Shown in pieces: positions 1 through 13,700 of a stretch of 64,000 bases of DNA. The stretch covers positions 16,576,001 through 16,640,000 of the forward strand of contig CP068257.2 in assembly GCA_009914755.4 (NCBI GenBank). Direction: 5' to 3'. The notes under the pieces were generated by a model, which saw nothing but the letters and a program-made list of their open reading frames with translations, was not told the DNA's origin and searched no databases. Numbering within the stretch: the stretch's first letter is position 1; the number at the start of each line of letters is the position of its first letter. Position numbers and translations under genes: made by a program. The DNA comes from the human T2T-CHM13v2.0 reference genome, Homo sapiens.

Positions 1-119
1 TTCATTTTTTTAGCTTCCAAATGTGAGTGAGAACATGCTGTATTTGTGTTTTTGTGCCTGGCTTGTTTCATTCACATAATGTCCTCCAAGCTCATTCATG
101 TTGTTGCAAATGACAAGCG

Positions 120-487
120 TATTAGTCAGTTTTCGCACTGCTATAAAAAATACCTGAGACTGGGTAATTTATAAAGGAAAGAGGTTTAATTGACTCACAG
201 TTCCACATGGCTGGGGAGGAATCAGGAAACTTACAATTATGGTGGAAGGCAAAAAGGAAGCAAGCACCTTCTTCATGAGGTGGCAGGTGAGAGAAAAAGA
301 GAAGCGGGGAAGTCCCAGACACTTATCACACAACCAGATCTCGTGAGAACTCCCTTAATATCATAAGAACAGCATGGGGGAAACCGCCCCCATGATCCCA
401 TCACCTCCCAACAGGTTCCTCCCATGACACGTGGAGATTACAATTCAAGATGAGATTTGGGTGGGGACACAGATCCAAACCATATCA
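120..487 (-). mobile_element. MaLR (THE1/MST-type) solo LTR
   Basis: Antisense LTR hallmarks: the start 'tattagtc..ctgctataaa..tacctgagactgggtaatttataaagg', the internal 'caattcaagatgagatttgggtggggacacag' and the end '..aaaccatatca'. Length is about 370 bp. Confidence 0.85.
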
Positions 488-735
488 GCAGGATTTCATC
501 CTTTTTTATTGCTGAAAAATATTACAATATATACCACATTTTCTTTATTCGTTAGTCTGTTTATAGACAAGTAATTTAGTTCCATATCTTGGCTTTTGTT
601 AACAGTGCTGGCATAAATGTGGAAGTGCATATATCTTTTTGATATACTGATTTTCTTTCTTTTGCATATATACTCAGCAATGGGGGGTGCTGGATCACAT
701 GGTAGTTTTATTTTTAGTTTTCTAAGGAATCTTTG

Positions 736-3005
736 TGTTAGTCCATTCTCATGCTGCTATAAAGAACTGGCTGAGACTGAGTAATTCATATGGGAAAGAG
801 GTTTAATTGGCTTACAGTTTTGCAGGGCTGGGGAGGCCTCAGGAAACTTACAATCATGTCAGAAGGGGAACCAAACAGATCCTTACCCACATGATGGCAG
901 GAAGGAGAAGTGCCAAGCAAAAGGGGGAAAAGCCCCTTACAAAACCATCAGATCTCAGGAGAACTCACTTATTATGAGAACAGCAGCATGAGGGTAACTG
1001 CCCCCCCGACTCAATAACCTCCCATTGCGTCCTTCCCAGCAGAGGTGGGGATTATAGGAACTACGATTCAAGATGAGATTTGGGTGGGGACACAGCCAAA
1101 CCATATCATGTCACCCTGGCCCCTCTCAAATATCATATCCTTACATTTCAAAACCAATTATGCCTTCCCAACAGTCCCCCAAAGTCTTAACTTATTCCAG
1201 CATTAACCCAAAAGTCCAAGTCCAAAGTCTCATCTGAGACAAGTCAAGTCCCTTTCACCTATGAGCCTGCAAGTTAGTTACTTCCTAGATACAATGGGGT
1301 ACAGGCATTGGGTAAATACACCCATTTAAAATGGGGAAATATTGGCCAAAACAAAGGGGCTACAGACCCCATATAAGTACAAAATTCAGTGGGGCAGTCA
1401 CATCATAAAGCTCCAAAATTATCTCCTTTGACTCCATGTCCCACATCCAAGTCACACTGATGCAAGAGGTGGGCTCCCAGGGCCTTGGGCAGCTTCACAC
1501 ATGTAGCTTTACTGTGTACAGTCCCACTCTGGGCTGCTTTCACAGGCTGGCATTGAGTGTGGCTTTTCCAGGTACACTGTGCAAGCTGTCAGTGGATCTA
1601 CCATTTGAGGTCTGGAGGATGGTGGCCCTCTTCTCACAGCTCCACCAGGCAGCGCCCCAGTGGGGACTCTGTATGGGGGCTGTGATCCTACATTTCCCTT
1701 CCACACTGACCTAGCAGAGGTTCTCCATGAGGGTTCTGCCCTGCAGCAGACTTCTGTCTGGACATCCTCTGAAATCTAGGCAGAAGTTCCCAAACCTCAG
1801 TTCTTAACTTCTGTGTACCTGCAGGCTCAACAGCATGTGGAAGCTGCTAAGGCTTGGGGCTTGCACCCTCTGAAGCCATGGCCTGAACTGTACCTTGTCC
1901 ACTTTCAGCCACAGCTTGAGTGGCTGGGATGTAGGACACCAAGTCCCTAGGCTGCACACAGTAGGGGGGATTTGGGCCTGGCCCACAAAACCATTTTTTC
2001 ATCCTAGACCTCTAGGTTCATGATGAGAGAGGCTGCCACAAAGGTCCCTGACATACCCTGGAGACATCCCCATTGTCTTGGTGATTAACATTGGGCTCCT
2101 CATTACTTATGCAAATTTCTGCAGTCAGCTTGAATTTCTCCCCAGAGAATGGGTTTTTCTTTCCTATTTCGTTGCCAGGCTGCAAAAATTCCAAACTTTT
2201 GTGCTCTGTTTCCTCTTGAACACTTCACTGCTTAGAAATTTCTTCCACCGGTCAAGTTCAAAATTCCACAGATCTCTGGGGCAGGGACAAAATGCCACCA
2301 GTCTCTTTGCATAGCAAGAGCAACCTTTACTTCAGTTCCCGGCAAGTTTCTCATCTCCATCTGAGACCACCTCAGCCTGGACTTCATTGTCCATATTAGT
2401 ATCAGCATTTTGGTCAAAGCTATTTAACAAGTCTCTAGGAAGTTTCAAACTTTCTCACATCTTCCTGTCTTCCTAGCCCTCAAAGTCTCTTAGAAGTTGC
2501 AAACTTTCCCACATTTTTGTCTTTTGAGCCCTCTAAACTGTTCCAACCTCTGCCTGTTACCCAGTTCCAAAGTCGCTTCCACATTTTTGGGTATCTTTAT
2601 AGCAACACCCCACTCTGCAGTATCAATTTACTGTATTAGTCCAATCTCATGCTACTGTAAAGAACTGCCTGAGACTTGGTAATTTATAAGGGAAAGAAGT
2701 TTTATTGACTCACAGTTCCACAGGGCTGGGGAGTCCTCAGGAAACTTACAGTCATGGCAGAACTGAAAGCAAACATGTCTTTCACATGATGACAGGAAGG
2801 AGAAGTGCCAAATAAAAGGGAAAATGCCCCTTGTAAAACCATCAGATCTCAAGAGAGCTCACTCACTATCAGGAGAACAGCAACATGGGGGTAATTGCCC
2901 CCATGATTTAATTACCTCCCACAGGGTCCCTCCCAAGACACATGGATATTATGGGAACTACAATTAAAGGTGAGATTTGGGTGGGGACACAGCCAAACCA
3001 TATCA
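736..3005 (-). mobile_element. Full-length MaLR (THE1/MST-like) retroelement: LTR (736-1108), ~1.5 kb internal region (1109-2632), LTR (2633-3005), nested inside L1
   Basis: Two directly repeated ~370-bp LTRs with the same THE1/MST hallmarks bracket ~1.5 kb of non-repetitive internal sequence, which matches the size of a THE1/MST internal region. The L1 sequence continues on both flanks. Confidence 0.8.
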
Positions 3006-3600
3006 ACCTTCATACTGTTTTATATAGTGGCTATACAAATTTACATTCTCACCAACAGAGTATGAGAGTTCCCCTTTCTCCACATCCTCCCAAACTCTGT
3101 TATTTTTTGTCTTTTTGATAATAGACATTTTAATTGGGATAAGTTTATGTCTTATTGTGGTGTTGATTTGTATTTCCATGATTATTAGGGATATCCAGCA
3201 TTTTTTATATACCTGTTGGCCATTTGTATGTCTTCTTTTGAGATATTTCTATTCAGTTCATTTGCCCATTTTTAATTGGTTAGTTGTATTTTTTTTTTTG
3301 CTGATGCATTATTTGAGTTCCTTATATATTAAAATTATTAGTCCCCTGTCAAATAGATAGTTTGCAAATATTTTCTCCCATTCTGTAAGTTGTCTCTTCA
3401 CTCTGTTGATTGTTGCTGTACTGTGCTGAAGCATTTTAGCTTGATGTAATCCCATTTGTCTATTTTTACTTTTGTATCCTGTGTTTTTGACATCTTAGCC
3501 CCCAAAATATTTGTCCAGACTAATGTCCTGAAGTGCTGTCCCAATATTTTCATTTAGTAGTTACAGAGCTTCAGGTCTTACATTTAAGTTATTAATCATT

Positions 3601-6350
3601 TAAATTTGATTTTTGTATATGATAGTCCATTTCCTCTTATGTAAGCATAACTACTCTTGCATGCTTTTGGTTTCCACTTGCATGGAATATCTTTTTTTCA
3701 TCCCTTCACTTGCAGTCTATGTGTGTCTTTACAAGTGAAGTCAGATTTTCGTAGGTAGCATATAGTTCAGTCACTTTTAAGTCCATTCAGCCAGTGTACA
3801 TCTTCTAATTGAGGAATTTAAACTATTTACATTCAAACTTATTATTGATAGGTAAGGACTTACTCTTGTCATTTAAAAATTGTTTTCTTCTTGTTTTATA
3901 TATTTTTGTTTGTTTCTTTCTTTCTCTCTTATTTCTTATCTTAATGATTTGGTGGCTTTCTGTACTAACAATGTTTGATTTCTTTTTCATTTATTTATCT
4001 GATCTTCCAATGATGTTTATACTTACATGTATTTTACAATGGTAGATATTGTTCTTTCATTTCCAGATATAGGACTCCCTTAAGCATTTCTTGTAGGCCT
4101 GATCTAGTCATGAATTCTCATAATTTTTGTTTGTTCATGGAAAACTTTATTTCTCTTTCATTTTTGAATAATAGCTTTGATGGATATAGTATTCTTGGCT
4201 CACAGTTTTTTTTTTTCTTTCAGCACTTTGACTATATCATCCCATTCTCTTTCTGCTGAGATATCTGTGATTAGTCTGATGATAATCCTTTTGTATGTGA
4301 TTTGATGCTTTTCTTTTGCTGTTTTTAGAATTATCTTTGTCTTTGGTTTTTGACAGTTTGACTATAATGTGCCTTGGAGAGGATCTTTTTGGGTTCAATT
4401 CATTTGTGGTTCTTTGAGCTTCCTGTATCTGGATGTCAATATCTCTTGCAAGACTTATGAAGTTTTCAGCCATTATTTTGTTAAATAGGTTTTCTTTGCT
4501 TTTTTCCATCATTTCTCCTTCTGGAACTACCAAAATTGAAATATTTGTTCACTTGAGGGTGTCCCATGTGTCACATAGGTTTTCTTCATGCTTTTTAATT
4601 CTTTTTTTTAGTCTAATTGGATTATTCCAAAACGCTTGTCTTCAAGTTTAGAAATTCTTTCTTCTGCTTAATCTAGTCTTTTGTTGAAGCTCTCAATTGT
4701 ATTTTTAAATTTTGTTTGTTGAATTCTACAGTTCTGTGATTTATGTTTGGTCCCTTTTTATATCTCTTTATTGAATTTCTCATTGAGATCATTGTTTTCC
4801 TGATTTTTAAATATTGTTTATCTGCATTCTCTTATATCTTGCTGAGTTTCTTTAACATCATGATTTTGAATTCCTTCTCAGGCATTTTATGGATTTCCTT
4901 TTCTTTAGGATTTCTTACTGAAAAACTATTGTGTTCTCTTGGAGATACCATGTTTCCTTAATTTTTAATGTTTCTTACTTCCTTATGTTGATATGTGCAC
5001 ATCTTGTGTAATTGTCACTTCTTTTAGTTTTATGGAGTGGGTTCTGTAGAGACTTCTCTCTTTCAATCATCTCAATTAGATAGAATGCTTTCATTTTCTT
5101 CCTGGTTAGGTACCATAGTATAGTCTTAGTATGACTTATTTGGCTATAAGCAACACACGTTATGTCTGTGAATTCTTTAGTGTCTCAGGCTGCGGTTGTT
5201 TGGATACTCTGGTAAGGCTTTGCTGTCAATGGGTGTGCCAAATGAGCTGGTCCTCAGGACCCTAGATGGCACTTACAGGTATCAGCATTAGTGGTGGCAG
5301 GCCCCTGTTGGTCTCATATTTGAGCCTCTGAGCAGGGTGCACAGACACCATTAGGGGCAGCAGGACAGTTGTGCCAGTCCTCAGGATCCAGAGTGATGTG
5401 CATGGGCACTGGTAGTGTCAATGAATGGTGGGTCTATCCTTGGGTTTATGAGAGGTACCCATAAGCACTGGTAGTATTGGCAGTGGGGGAGTGGGGTTGC
5501 TCTGTCAGCCTCTGTGTAGGGTGCATCAGCACCAATGGGATGGGTGGCAAGGTGGACAGACTGCTCCTCAAGACCCCAAGTGGGATGCATAAGCCTGCAG
5601 TGACTCCAGTGCTGGAGGGAGGTAGGTTTGCTTTTGGTGGTAGTGGCCTCAGGTTGGTGGCTTTCAGGCTTTGAGGAGCTCATGCTTCAGTTTAGTTATC
5701 TATGTTCTCAGGAGAGCCTCCCTGATGTGCTGGACTGTCTCTATCCTGGGTTATAGGGTACTGCGTGGGCTCAGGTGCTGGTGGTGTGGTTGCAATCCTG
5801 AGGCTCTCTGCACTAATGTGGGGGGATCTTTGTGGGTCCCTGAGGATTTGGAAATGCAAGAGCTATTTGGCTTCAGGGCAGGATGTAGTCTAGTATGGGC
5901 TTTACTCAGAAAATAGTGGTGTGCTACAGCAACTTGGACACTGAAAGGTGGGAACCTGCACTAATTCCTTCTCTGAAACAATGCAGTTGTGTGATGTCCT
6001 GGCAGCTCCTTATACTATCCTCAGGGCCTGTGAGAGCTGAGGGGCTTTTTTTGTGGCTTGGGCTGCAGCTGTCTGTGGTGGGAATGTGGACTGCTGAAGA
6101 CCTCTTACTGACCTAATTCCTGCAAGGGGGAGTCTCTCCTGGCTTCGAGTTGATTTGGCCAGCTGCCTTGCTTCCCTCACTGTGCTGCAATCTTAAGCTT
6201 CTGAACTTCAGAGGGTCTCTGTTGCTACCCTGCTGGATTCTAGAATTTTCCCATAGAGGCTCTGTTTGACATTTAGTTATGTACTTGATGTTTAGGTCTT
6301 TTTTTGTGGAGGAGGCAAGTCTGCTGTGTGTCTCAAGTCAGTCATCTTGA
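3601..6350 (-). mobile_element. L1 5' portion in antisense orientation: ORF1 remnant (about 4050-4900, frameshifted) plus an internally repetitive 5'UTR-like segment (about 5160-6350)
   Basis: The minus-strand ORF 4237-4533 translates to '..ENFISLARDIDIQIQEAQRTTNELNPKRSSPRHIIVKLSKTKDK..', which matches the L1 ORF1p core (ENFPNLA..IQIQE.QRTP..PRHIIV) and then loses frame. Positions 4050-4230 match the ORF1 C-terminus in antisense. Positions 5160-6350 contain ~90-bp internal repeats typical of older L1 5'UTRs. Most of ORF2 is missing between the 3' and 5' pieces, so this is either one internally deleted L1 or two juxtaposed fragments. Confidence 0.6.
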
Positions 6351-9300
6351 TGATATCTCTCCCCAAATAATGAATTTTGAATGCAATAAGTCAAGATAAA
6401 ATTTCTAAGACTACTATAAACACAAGGATGCAAGGAGATTCTCCGCCAGTACAGTCCCATATTAGAGATATGAAACTATTATAAATTTCACTTGAGGAAT
6501 TAAGTAGAAAAAATATGAAAAAGTAAAAAGAGCCAATGACTGAAAGGTATATAATCACCTAAGTGGGAAAAACTGATCAGAAAATATTAAAAAGTAAAAT
6601 GATCCAGTGACTAGGAGGTATGTAATAACATAAGTGGGAAAAACTGATCAGAAATTATGGAGTGGTAATCAGTAAAAGTCATGGAAATTTAGAACCAAAG
6701 CATTTTGTTGGAAGAATTCAATCAGTGTATTTTCCAGGCTACTGTATCTCCAACAGCTATAATATTTTATCACTGGCATCAGAAGAAAATGATGGAAAAG
6801 ATGTTCCCAGCTCTCTGAATTATAAAATTAAATTAATTTAAATTACATTAAAGTGTAGCTTTTTTGCAGAAGGTCATGTCCATAGCATTCCCTACGAGAA
6901 ATACAACTTGTATAAGAGCTCAGAGGCCTCCTAGGAGAAATGGTCCATGAAATTCGAGACTTACGATTTACCAACCAGAATGCTAAGATCAATACTCCAG
7001 AATAAGTAAGGGTAACAGGAATTTCCTTATCTTTTGAAGGGTCAGACTGCATGTGGTAGGCAGATACGATTTACTAAATATATGCCTCTATATTTCTCAG
7101 CTTAAACTGCAGTTAGGACTTAGAGCACAAGGTGATTTGCAGTAGGTGTGTTTCTCCCGTCGTTCTCTCATTCTTTCATGGTGACCTCAAACCCACCAGC
7201 ACCAAATGGCATAATTAAAAAAAGGAGAAAGGCTACTTTACCCACATCTGATTCTATGATAATAAAATAAACTTCTGTTGTCTAAAGCCACTGAAATATA
7301 AGGGTTTGTTACTCGAACCAACGTTGACTAATACAAGAAGGCAGGGAATGATCTCCTCCAATAGGAAAGGGTATATTCATTAGTCAATTTAGAATAATAC
7401 TTCAGTAGCAAGAATCATGAAAATAAATGGAGCCGATTATTACCAAGAGCCCAGTGTTAGCGATAGAGTAAGAGAATACTAGTTGCTGGAGGGAAATAGC
7501 TTCAATCAGGGAGACTCTCTGTATCTAAAACTACTTTAAAGGGAAATCACAATGGAATAAATGAGGAAGAGCCCAATACGGCTCTTGCTGAATCTTCTTG
7601 GGACTCTGAATACTGATTTGTACTCCAGTTCCCTGAACCCTTCAGTCTGGAGCTCTGTCATAAGCTGTTACCAAATTGACTGAGGTCTCTCATATATTCC
7701 ACCACTTTTTGTAAGGCTGATTCTTGGAATTTTTAGACCCCCTTGACAGACACTTTCTGAGCCACTGATCGGCTAGAATAAGACTGATTGGTTTTGAATC
7801 CTGGCTTTTCCAAGCTGGATGACCCACTTTTAATTGTTTTATATAACTAGCTCCTCTCTGCCTTACTTTCTTGTCTTTAAAATTTGAATAATAATTATTC
7901 TTACCTCAAAGAGTTGACACAAAGATTAAATAAGATTATCATGTAAAGTGCTTAAAACAGTTTGCATAAAACTACAATATTCAGTGTGGTTAAGTTCCCT
8001 CATTATTATTGTTATTTTTGCACAGGTGTCCAAAAGATGCTGAGGGATGGTACCCACCAGAAGCCTTGACACTATTCCTGGATCTCTATTTAGGGTATAG
8101 TCTCTGGGATTTAAATTCTGAGCACAAATTAGTATAGAGCTTATTCCTCTTGGGAATGGGAATATGGATTTATGTGTTCTTCCCATATATATTCCATTGT
8201 TGAAAATTGCAATTTCCTTGGTTTTAAACATAAATTGTTTTTATAGCATTTAGTATGAAAGCTGAGAAGGTAGTAGGGTATAGCCAGAGAATGAAGTATT
8301 AGAGTTAATATTTCAGGATTATAGTAGTTTTTTTTTTCCTTCAACTTCTTATAAGAAATATTTGTTCTGTTTTCAGTCAGTATAATACCACTGCTTGTTC
8401 TTTTCATCAGGGCGGCCTTAGGGAGGCTGGTATTATTCATTCATTTCTTTATTAGAATGCTGGTTATACAGATGTGTTCACTTTGTGACGGTAAATTTAT
8501 AGACTAGACATTTATAGAGAAGGTGATTTTTCAATAGGTGTGTTTCCTGTGTGTACAGTATGTTATAATTCATAAGAAAGTTTGAATGGAATTGCAGGCT
8601 GGTGTTCCTTACATTGTAGTGCTGACTTTTCTTCTAGATTGGAAAGTTTAAGCACATCTACACATTATTTTATAACTTGTGTTATTACATAAAATAGCCG
8701 TTATCATGAATGTAGTAACCATAAGGATGCAATTGTTAAGAGGTGATATATTTAACTTGAATAAAACTTAGATTATCTTAGCTGAAAATGTAACCATTCT
8801 CAAAAAATAGCCATTATCTTTTGTTTACTTCTGAGTGTGTAACAAAAGTGTTTGGTCTTGCATTTAAGGACGATTGCTTTTCACTTATAGTTGTCACCTT
8901 ATAGACTCAAATTTGCTCACCATTAGAAAAAAATCTGATAAAACTGTGTAACTTAATTATGTATTATTATTCTATTTGACATTTAAACTAATTTGGAGAC
9001 ATATCCACCTTTTATATTGTTAACATAAATAAAGTAAATATGTAGCAATTTAAAAGAAAAATCTATTATGTAGTTCATTGTAAAATATCCAAAGCATGTT
9101 GTGAACTTTTAAGAAAGACAACATAAAAAACTTTATATATGGTACTCTATTATTTTAGTAAAAAATAATGGGTAAGGAGAGAGAATACATATTTATTTTT
9201 TCTTACATATGCTTATAATATATCTAAAAGAAAACATAAGAGAGTAATAAAAATGAGCTTTTTTTGGTGGGATGGATGGGAACAGGAGAAATTGGGAACA

Positions 9301-9796
9301 AGGTAGAAACCAGACACATAACAGTAAATATCTTTATGATTCCCAGTTATTGAAAAATATAAATAGACTGCCTACTCCAAATTAAATAAAAAACATACAA
9401 GTCTATAATAAACCTCTTAAAATATGAATTCTCTAGGTCTGGGGGGCCTTTATGCTCAAGACTCATATCAAATCATAGACATACAGAGATAATATACACC
9501 TCCTGGAGGAATGACCCTGTAAGCAAAGGAATCTAGCCCGTTGGGGAGAAAAATTGAGGGGAGGAAGGAGGAATCTAAAAAAGATGTCAGACAGGAGCCA
9601 AAAGAGAATCTTGTTGCCTTGTAAGGTAGCTCTTGTTACAATAGCTGTGATGGCTACCAACTTTGAGAAAAAACTGAAGTGTATAATTTTCACAGACTTT
9701 TCCTTCACACTTGGGAGGATATATTATGTATTTCTCCCAGAGTTCCAAGGAATAGATTTATGATTTTAAGTTATAGATAAAATGAGTCATGATTGA

Positions 9797-10108
<312 letters not shown>

Positions 10109-10440
10109 ATGTTTTACATTTTATATACTAAGTAGAAAATACTCTTCCTGTCTCTTAGCAATACTCATTGAAGTATTATTATATTATCTTTTATTTTTAT
10201 ATAAATTGATCTTTTATAATCACAGCCCTCTAGAACATCATGTTTTCTGTCATTTTGAATAAAGTAAATATATGGATTAATATATTTAAACCAGTTGATT
10301 AAAGTAGTAGTAATTTTTTTCTCCAGAAGAGAGAGAGAGAAATGATGGTTACACAGAAAAAGCTTACATTTTCTGAAACATTGCTAAGCTATTCTGTTTT
10401 ATTTATCTGCATCTTTCTGCCAAACAAATTTTAAGTGAAA

Positions 10441-10795
10441 TAGCTGTCTTAGTCCATTCCGGCTGCGATAACAAAATATCATAAACTGAGTAGAAATAGA
10501 CATTTCTCACAGTTTTGGAGGCTAGAAAGTCCATGACCAAGGCTCCTGCAGATTTGGTGTCTGGTTAGGGCCCATATTCTCACAGATGGCACCTTCTTAC
10601 TGTGTCCTCACATAGTGGAAGGGGCAAGGCAACTTTTTGGGGCTTGTTTTGTAAGGACATTGATTCTATTCATGAGGGCTTTGGCCTCATGACCTAATCA
10701 CCTCCAAAAAGGCCTCACCTCCTAATACCAAGATCTTGGGGGTTAGGATTTCAACATATGAATTTTGGGGAGACACAGACATTCAGACTGTAGCA
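10441..10795 (+). repeat. Ancient interspersed repeat (MaLR/MER-like family with the 'ctcacagttttggaggctagaaagtccatgaccaaggc' motif); exact family not assigned
   Basis: Characteristic motifs 'aacaaaatatcataaactg', 'ctcacagtt(c)tggaggc..aagtcca(a)ga(t)caagg', 'cctaatcacctcc' and 'caacatatgaattttgg'. A second copy of the same family sits at 15800-16135. Confidence 0.55.
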
Positions 10796-13700
10796 ATAAT
10801 TGTCTTAAATACTATAGAATTTTCTAATTGCAATAAGTTTTAACATAAATAGCTCTGCTATGAAACCAAGATTCTAAACATAAAAACTGTCAAGATTTCC
10901 TTTGTCTGATATGTACATTTTAAAACATTGTTTAAACACCTCGTTTAAAACTTTACAACATATATGTTGTGTGTAGTGGGTATTTAATTTTGCCTTGTCT
11001 ATGTAATACTCATATGAAGAAGACAAACATGATCATTAAACTAGTAAATAAAATCTTCTCTTCACATAGTGGAAAGTCAATTTGATTAGAAAATACATAT
11101 ATTCAAGTTTAGCCTCTTCCAGTTACCATCTATGCAATGACATGGGAGGACAGGGAAATTGATATGTCCAGGTCTTGGGTGCCTCATGGTTAAGTGCAGA
11201 TGACATTATCTAATACACACAGGATAGTTAATGGAATTAAATAATAAAATTGTATAAAACATTTAATAAATTGTAATAATTTATAAAACATTCACTTGCT
11301 TATGGTATAGATAAAATAAATCTCTGCAATACTTTGTTGGGAATATTTTTCTGCAGGGAAAAATTATAGCAACAATATCTAAATGAAAATATTGCTTTGC
11401 AATAAATACAAATAAAATTCTAACTTTCTAGAAGAACAAGACTTTTGTTTTGAAATCACTATTATATAACTGACAACTAACAATAATAAGTTGGCTATGG
11501 TTGGACCACACTAATTTTTCAGTTTTTTATCTTTTGACTGGATGGGAACCAACCTAGCCATTTGTGTGATACTGCCATTTGTCCACTGTTTTTAAAAACT
11601 ATTGACATTAATCTAAGATTGACTTCCCTGAAGTCCTCTTATGTACTGCATCAATATTTCACACTAAAAATTAATTAATTTGATAGCTTACTCATTGCTG
11701 CCAATGGTTTAATTTTTTAAGCTACTGGGGTCACACACACAAGAGTGTGGATGTTGCAACATGAGACAGCAGAGTGATAGAGAGTTTCAAATTTCTGGAC
11801 AAGTAGTCATTAGGCCATGTCTACGTACTAATAAACTTCTCATGTAAATCGCTTTCTCTGTCATGTTTTTTTTCTTAATGTACATCTATAAGTGACAAAA
11901 TGGTGAATAAATAAACCCACAGATGGTTTTATCTTAATGGCTGCATCATGGGATGCATCGTTAGTTTCATGTCTGTGCTACGCAAGGAACACTGGCTTTA
12001 CTGCAGGCATCTGGCTGGCAGTTCCTCGGGGGTTTGTCACACACATAATCCAAGCATCCCAGCTGTGTTTTCAGTTCTCTGCTGTATAATTTGGCATGGA
12101 AAGATGCTCTTGGGCCAGCCTGATCCTTTAGGCAATTCTGTGAGCAGCTAGAAGAGAACTTGTACATCCCAAAACTCTATTATCTGCCCTGACTCCCTTC
12201 TTTCATTTAGATTGATTGATTTATCAACAATTTTCTCTTCTTAGTTTTGATTAGTGATATTTAGAATTATTGTAAAACAGAAGATGCTTCATCTTAACTA
12301 AAAGTGTTGACATAATGAGATAAAATATATAGTGGAATAATAATTAAATAACGAGAGCCCTACTAAATTCAATTACAAGTATTGTTGTTTTGTATTTTAG
12401 CTCACCAACTTAAAATAGCAGCTAGTGTGCAGTTTTTACCAATGCCTTCCTAATTTACCATACAAAGACAAATCCTCTCAGATTAAATGTCTATAAAGTA
12501 TGTCTGGGAGAATTTCTAGGTTGAACTCATGAGGTCAATAATTTATTTATGAATCTTCTGTAGCTTCTTGGATGTTGTAGGGACATATAGTAAAAACAAC
12601 AGACAATAGCAAAAGTATGCCTTTGCAATATATGATGGAGCATATAAAATATATAAAAATGGAAGAAAGTATAAAGAGGGCAGTATCAGATGAAATCAGG
12701 TGAAATATGACTTTTGCCTTCTTATATGTGCAGATTGCTGATTTGATGCTCATGAACTTGTGTATTTGTAAGATTTTCTGTGATAATTTTGAATAGCAAA
12801 CAACCCACAATACTTCAATGGCTTACATCACAAAGTTTTTATTGCTTATTCACAGGTCTGTGGGATGGCAGAGGCATCTCTTCTCCAGGCCCTGAGTGCA
12901 TTAGGTGTGTTCGATATATCTGGCATTCTGAGATCCAGGCTGAAGAAACACTGGTTAACAGGGTCATATTTTTCTCATGGTAGCAGGGAATAAATAAGAG
13001 ACCAAACCAAAATGTGTAAGCATGTTTAAAGCTGCTGTGTGAAAAAAGTGTATGCCATGTCCTATCTCATTTCCTTGGTCAAAACAAATCACATAATCAA
13101 GCCAGTATCAATGGGATGGACGCTCATAATTCTTCAGTGTTAGGGTGGGGGAGAATGGATATTTGTGGAATAATAATACAAACTACCCACAATTTGTTTT
13201 CTGGGCAACAAATATTAACTTCTTTTTCTTCTGCCCACAGAATGTATTCACCCCTACTCCAAACAACACGTCCATCCCCTCAAAGTTGTACACTTTTACA
13301 GCATCAGACTTAAGTCTTAAATCTTGTGATAATCGCTACATCATGTTTTCTCTTCAGTCCCAGAATTCAATCATGGAACACGAAAGGATAATCTTCGCAA
13401 AGAAGAAGTTTCCTGGTCACCTACATTTGGCCCCAAAGCCAATACCATGAATTTTAGATTTTCTTTCAAGCAGCGACTTGACTGTCAAATCAATTAATTG
13501 GGGAATTATACTCCTCCCAAAGAAGGTGTGAGGAAAAAGTAAATTTTTTTGCGCAGTCATACAGTGTACCTCAAATGATTAAGTAGGTTGTAGTTGTGGA
13601 ACTCAGGGGAAAAAAGTTTCTGTACTTACCCTGAGAAAACTGTTACCGTTAAAATGGTCTCGTTTCCTTTGATAATTTTCTCAGTGCCATTCAGGGTCCT

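Larger units (their letters stand above)
1..3600 (-). mobile_element. L1 (LINE-1) 3' portion in antisense orientation, interrupted by two MaLR insertions (120-487 and 736-3005)
   Basis: Positions 1-119, 488-735 and 3006 to about 3600 read as the reverse complement of the L1 ORF2 3' end and 3'UTR. Example motifs are 'ccaccaacag..ttcccctttctccacatcctc', 'tttgataatagacattttaattgg' and 'ttgcaaatattttctcccattctgtaag'. The L1 sequence resumes cleanly on either side of each insertion. Confidence 0.75.

Noticed and set aside
4237-4533. 98-aa ORF with clear similarity to L1 ORF1p
   Set aside because: It is a real homology, but it is a frameshifted, truncated remnant inside an old, rearranged L1. It is not an intact or functional ORF1. 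I annotated it as part of the mobile element.
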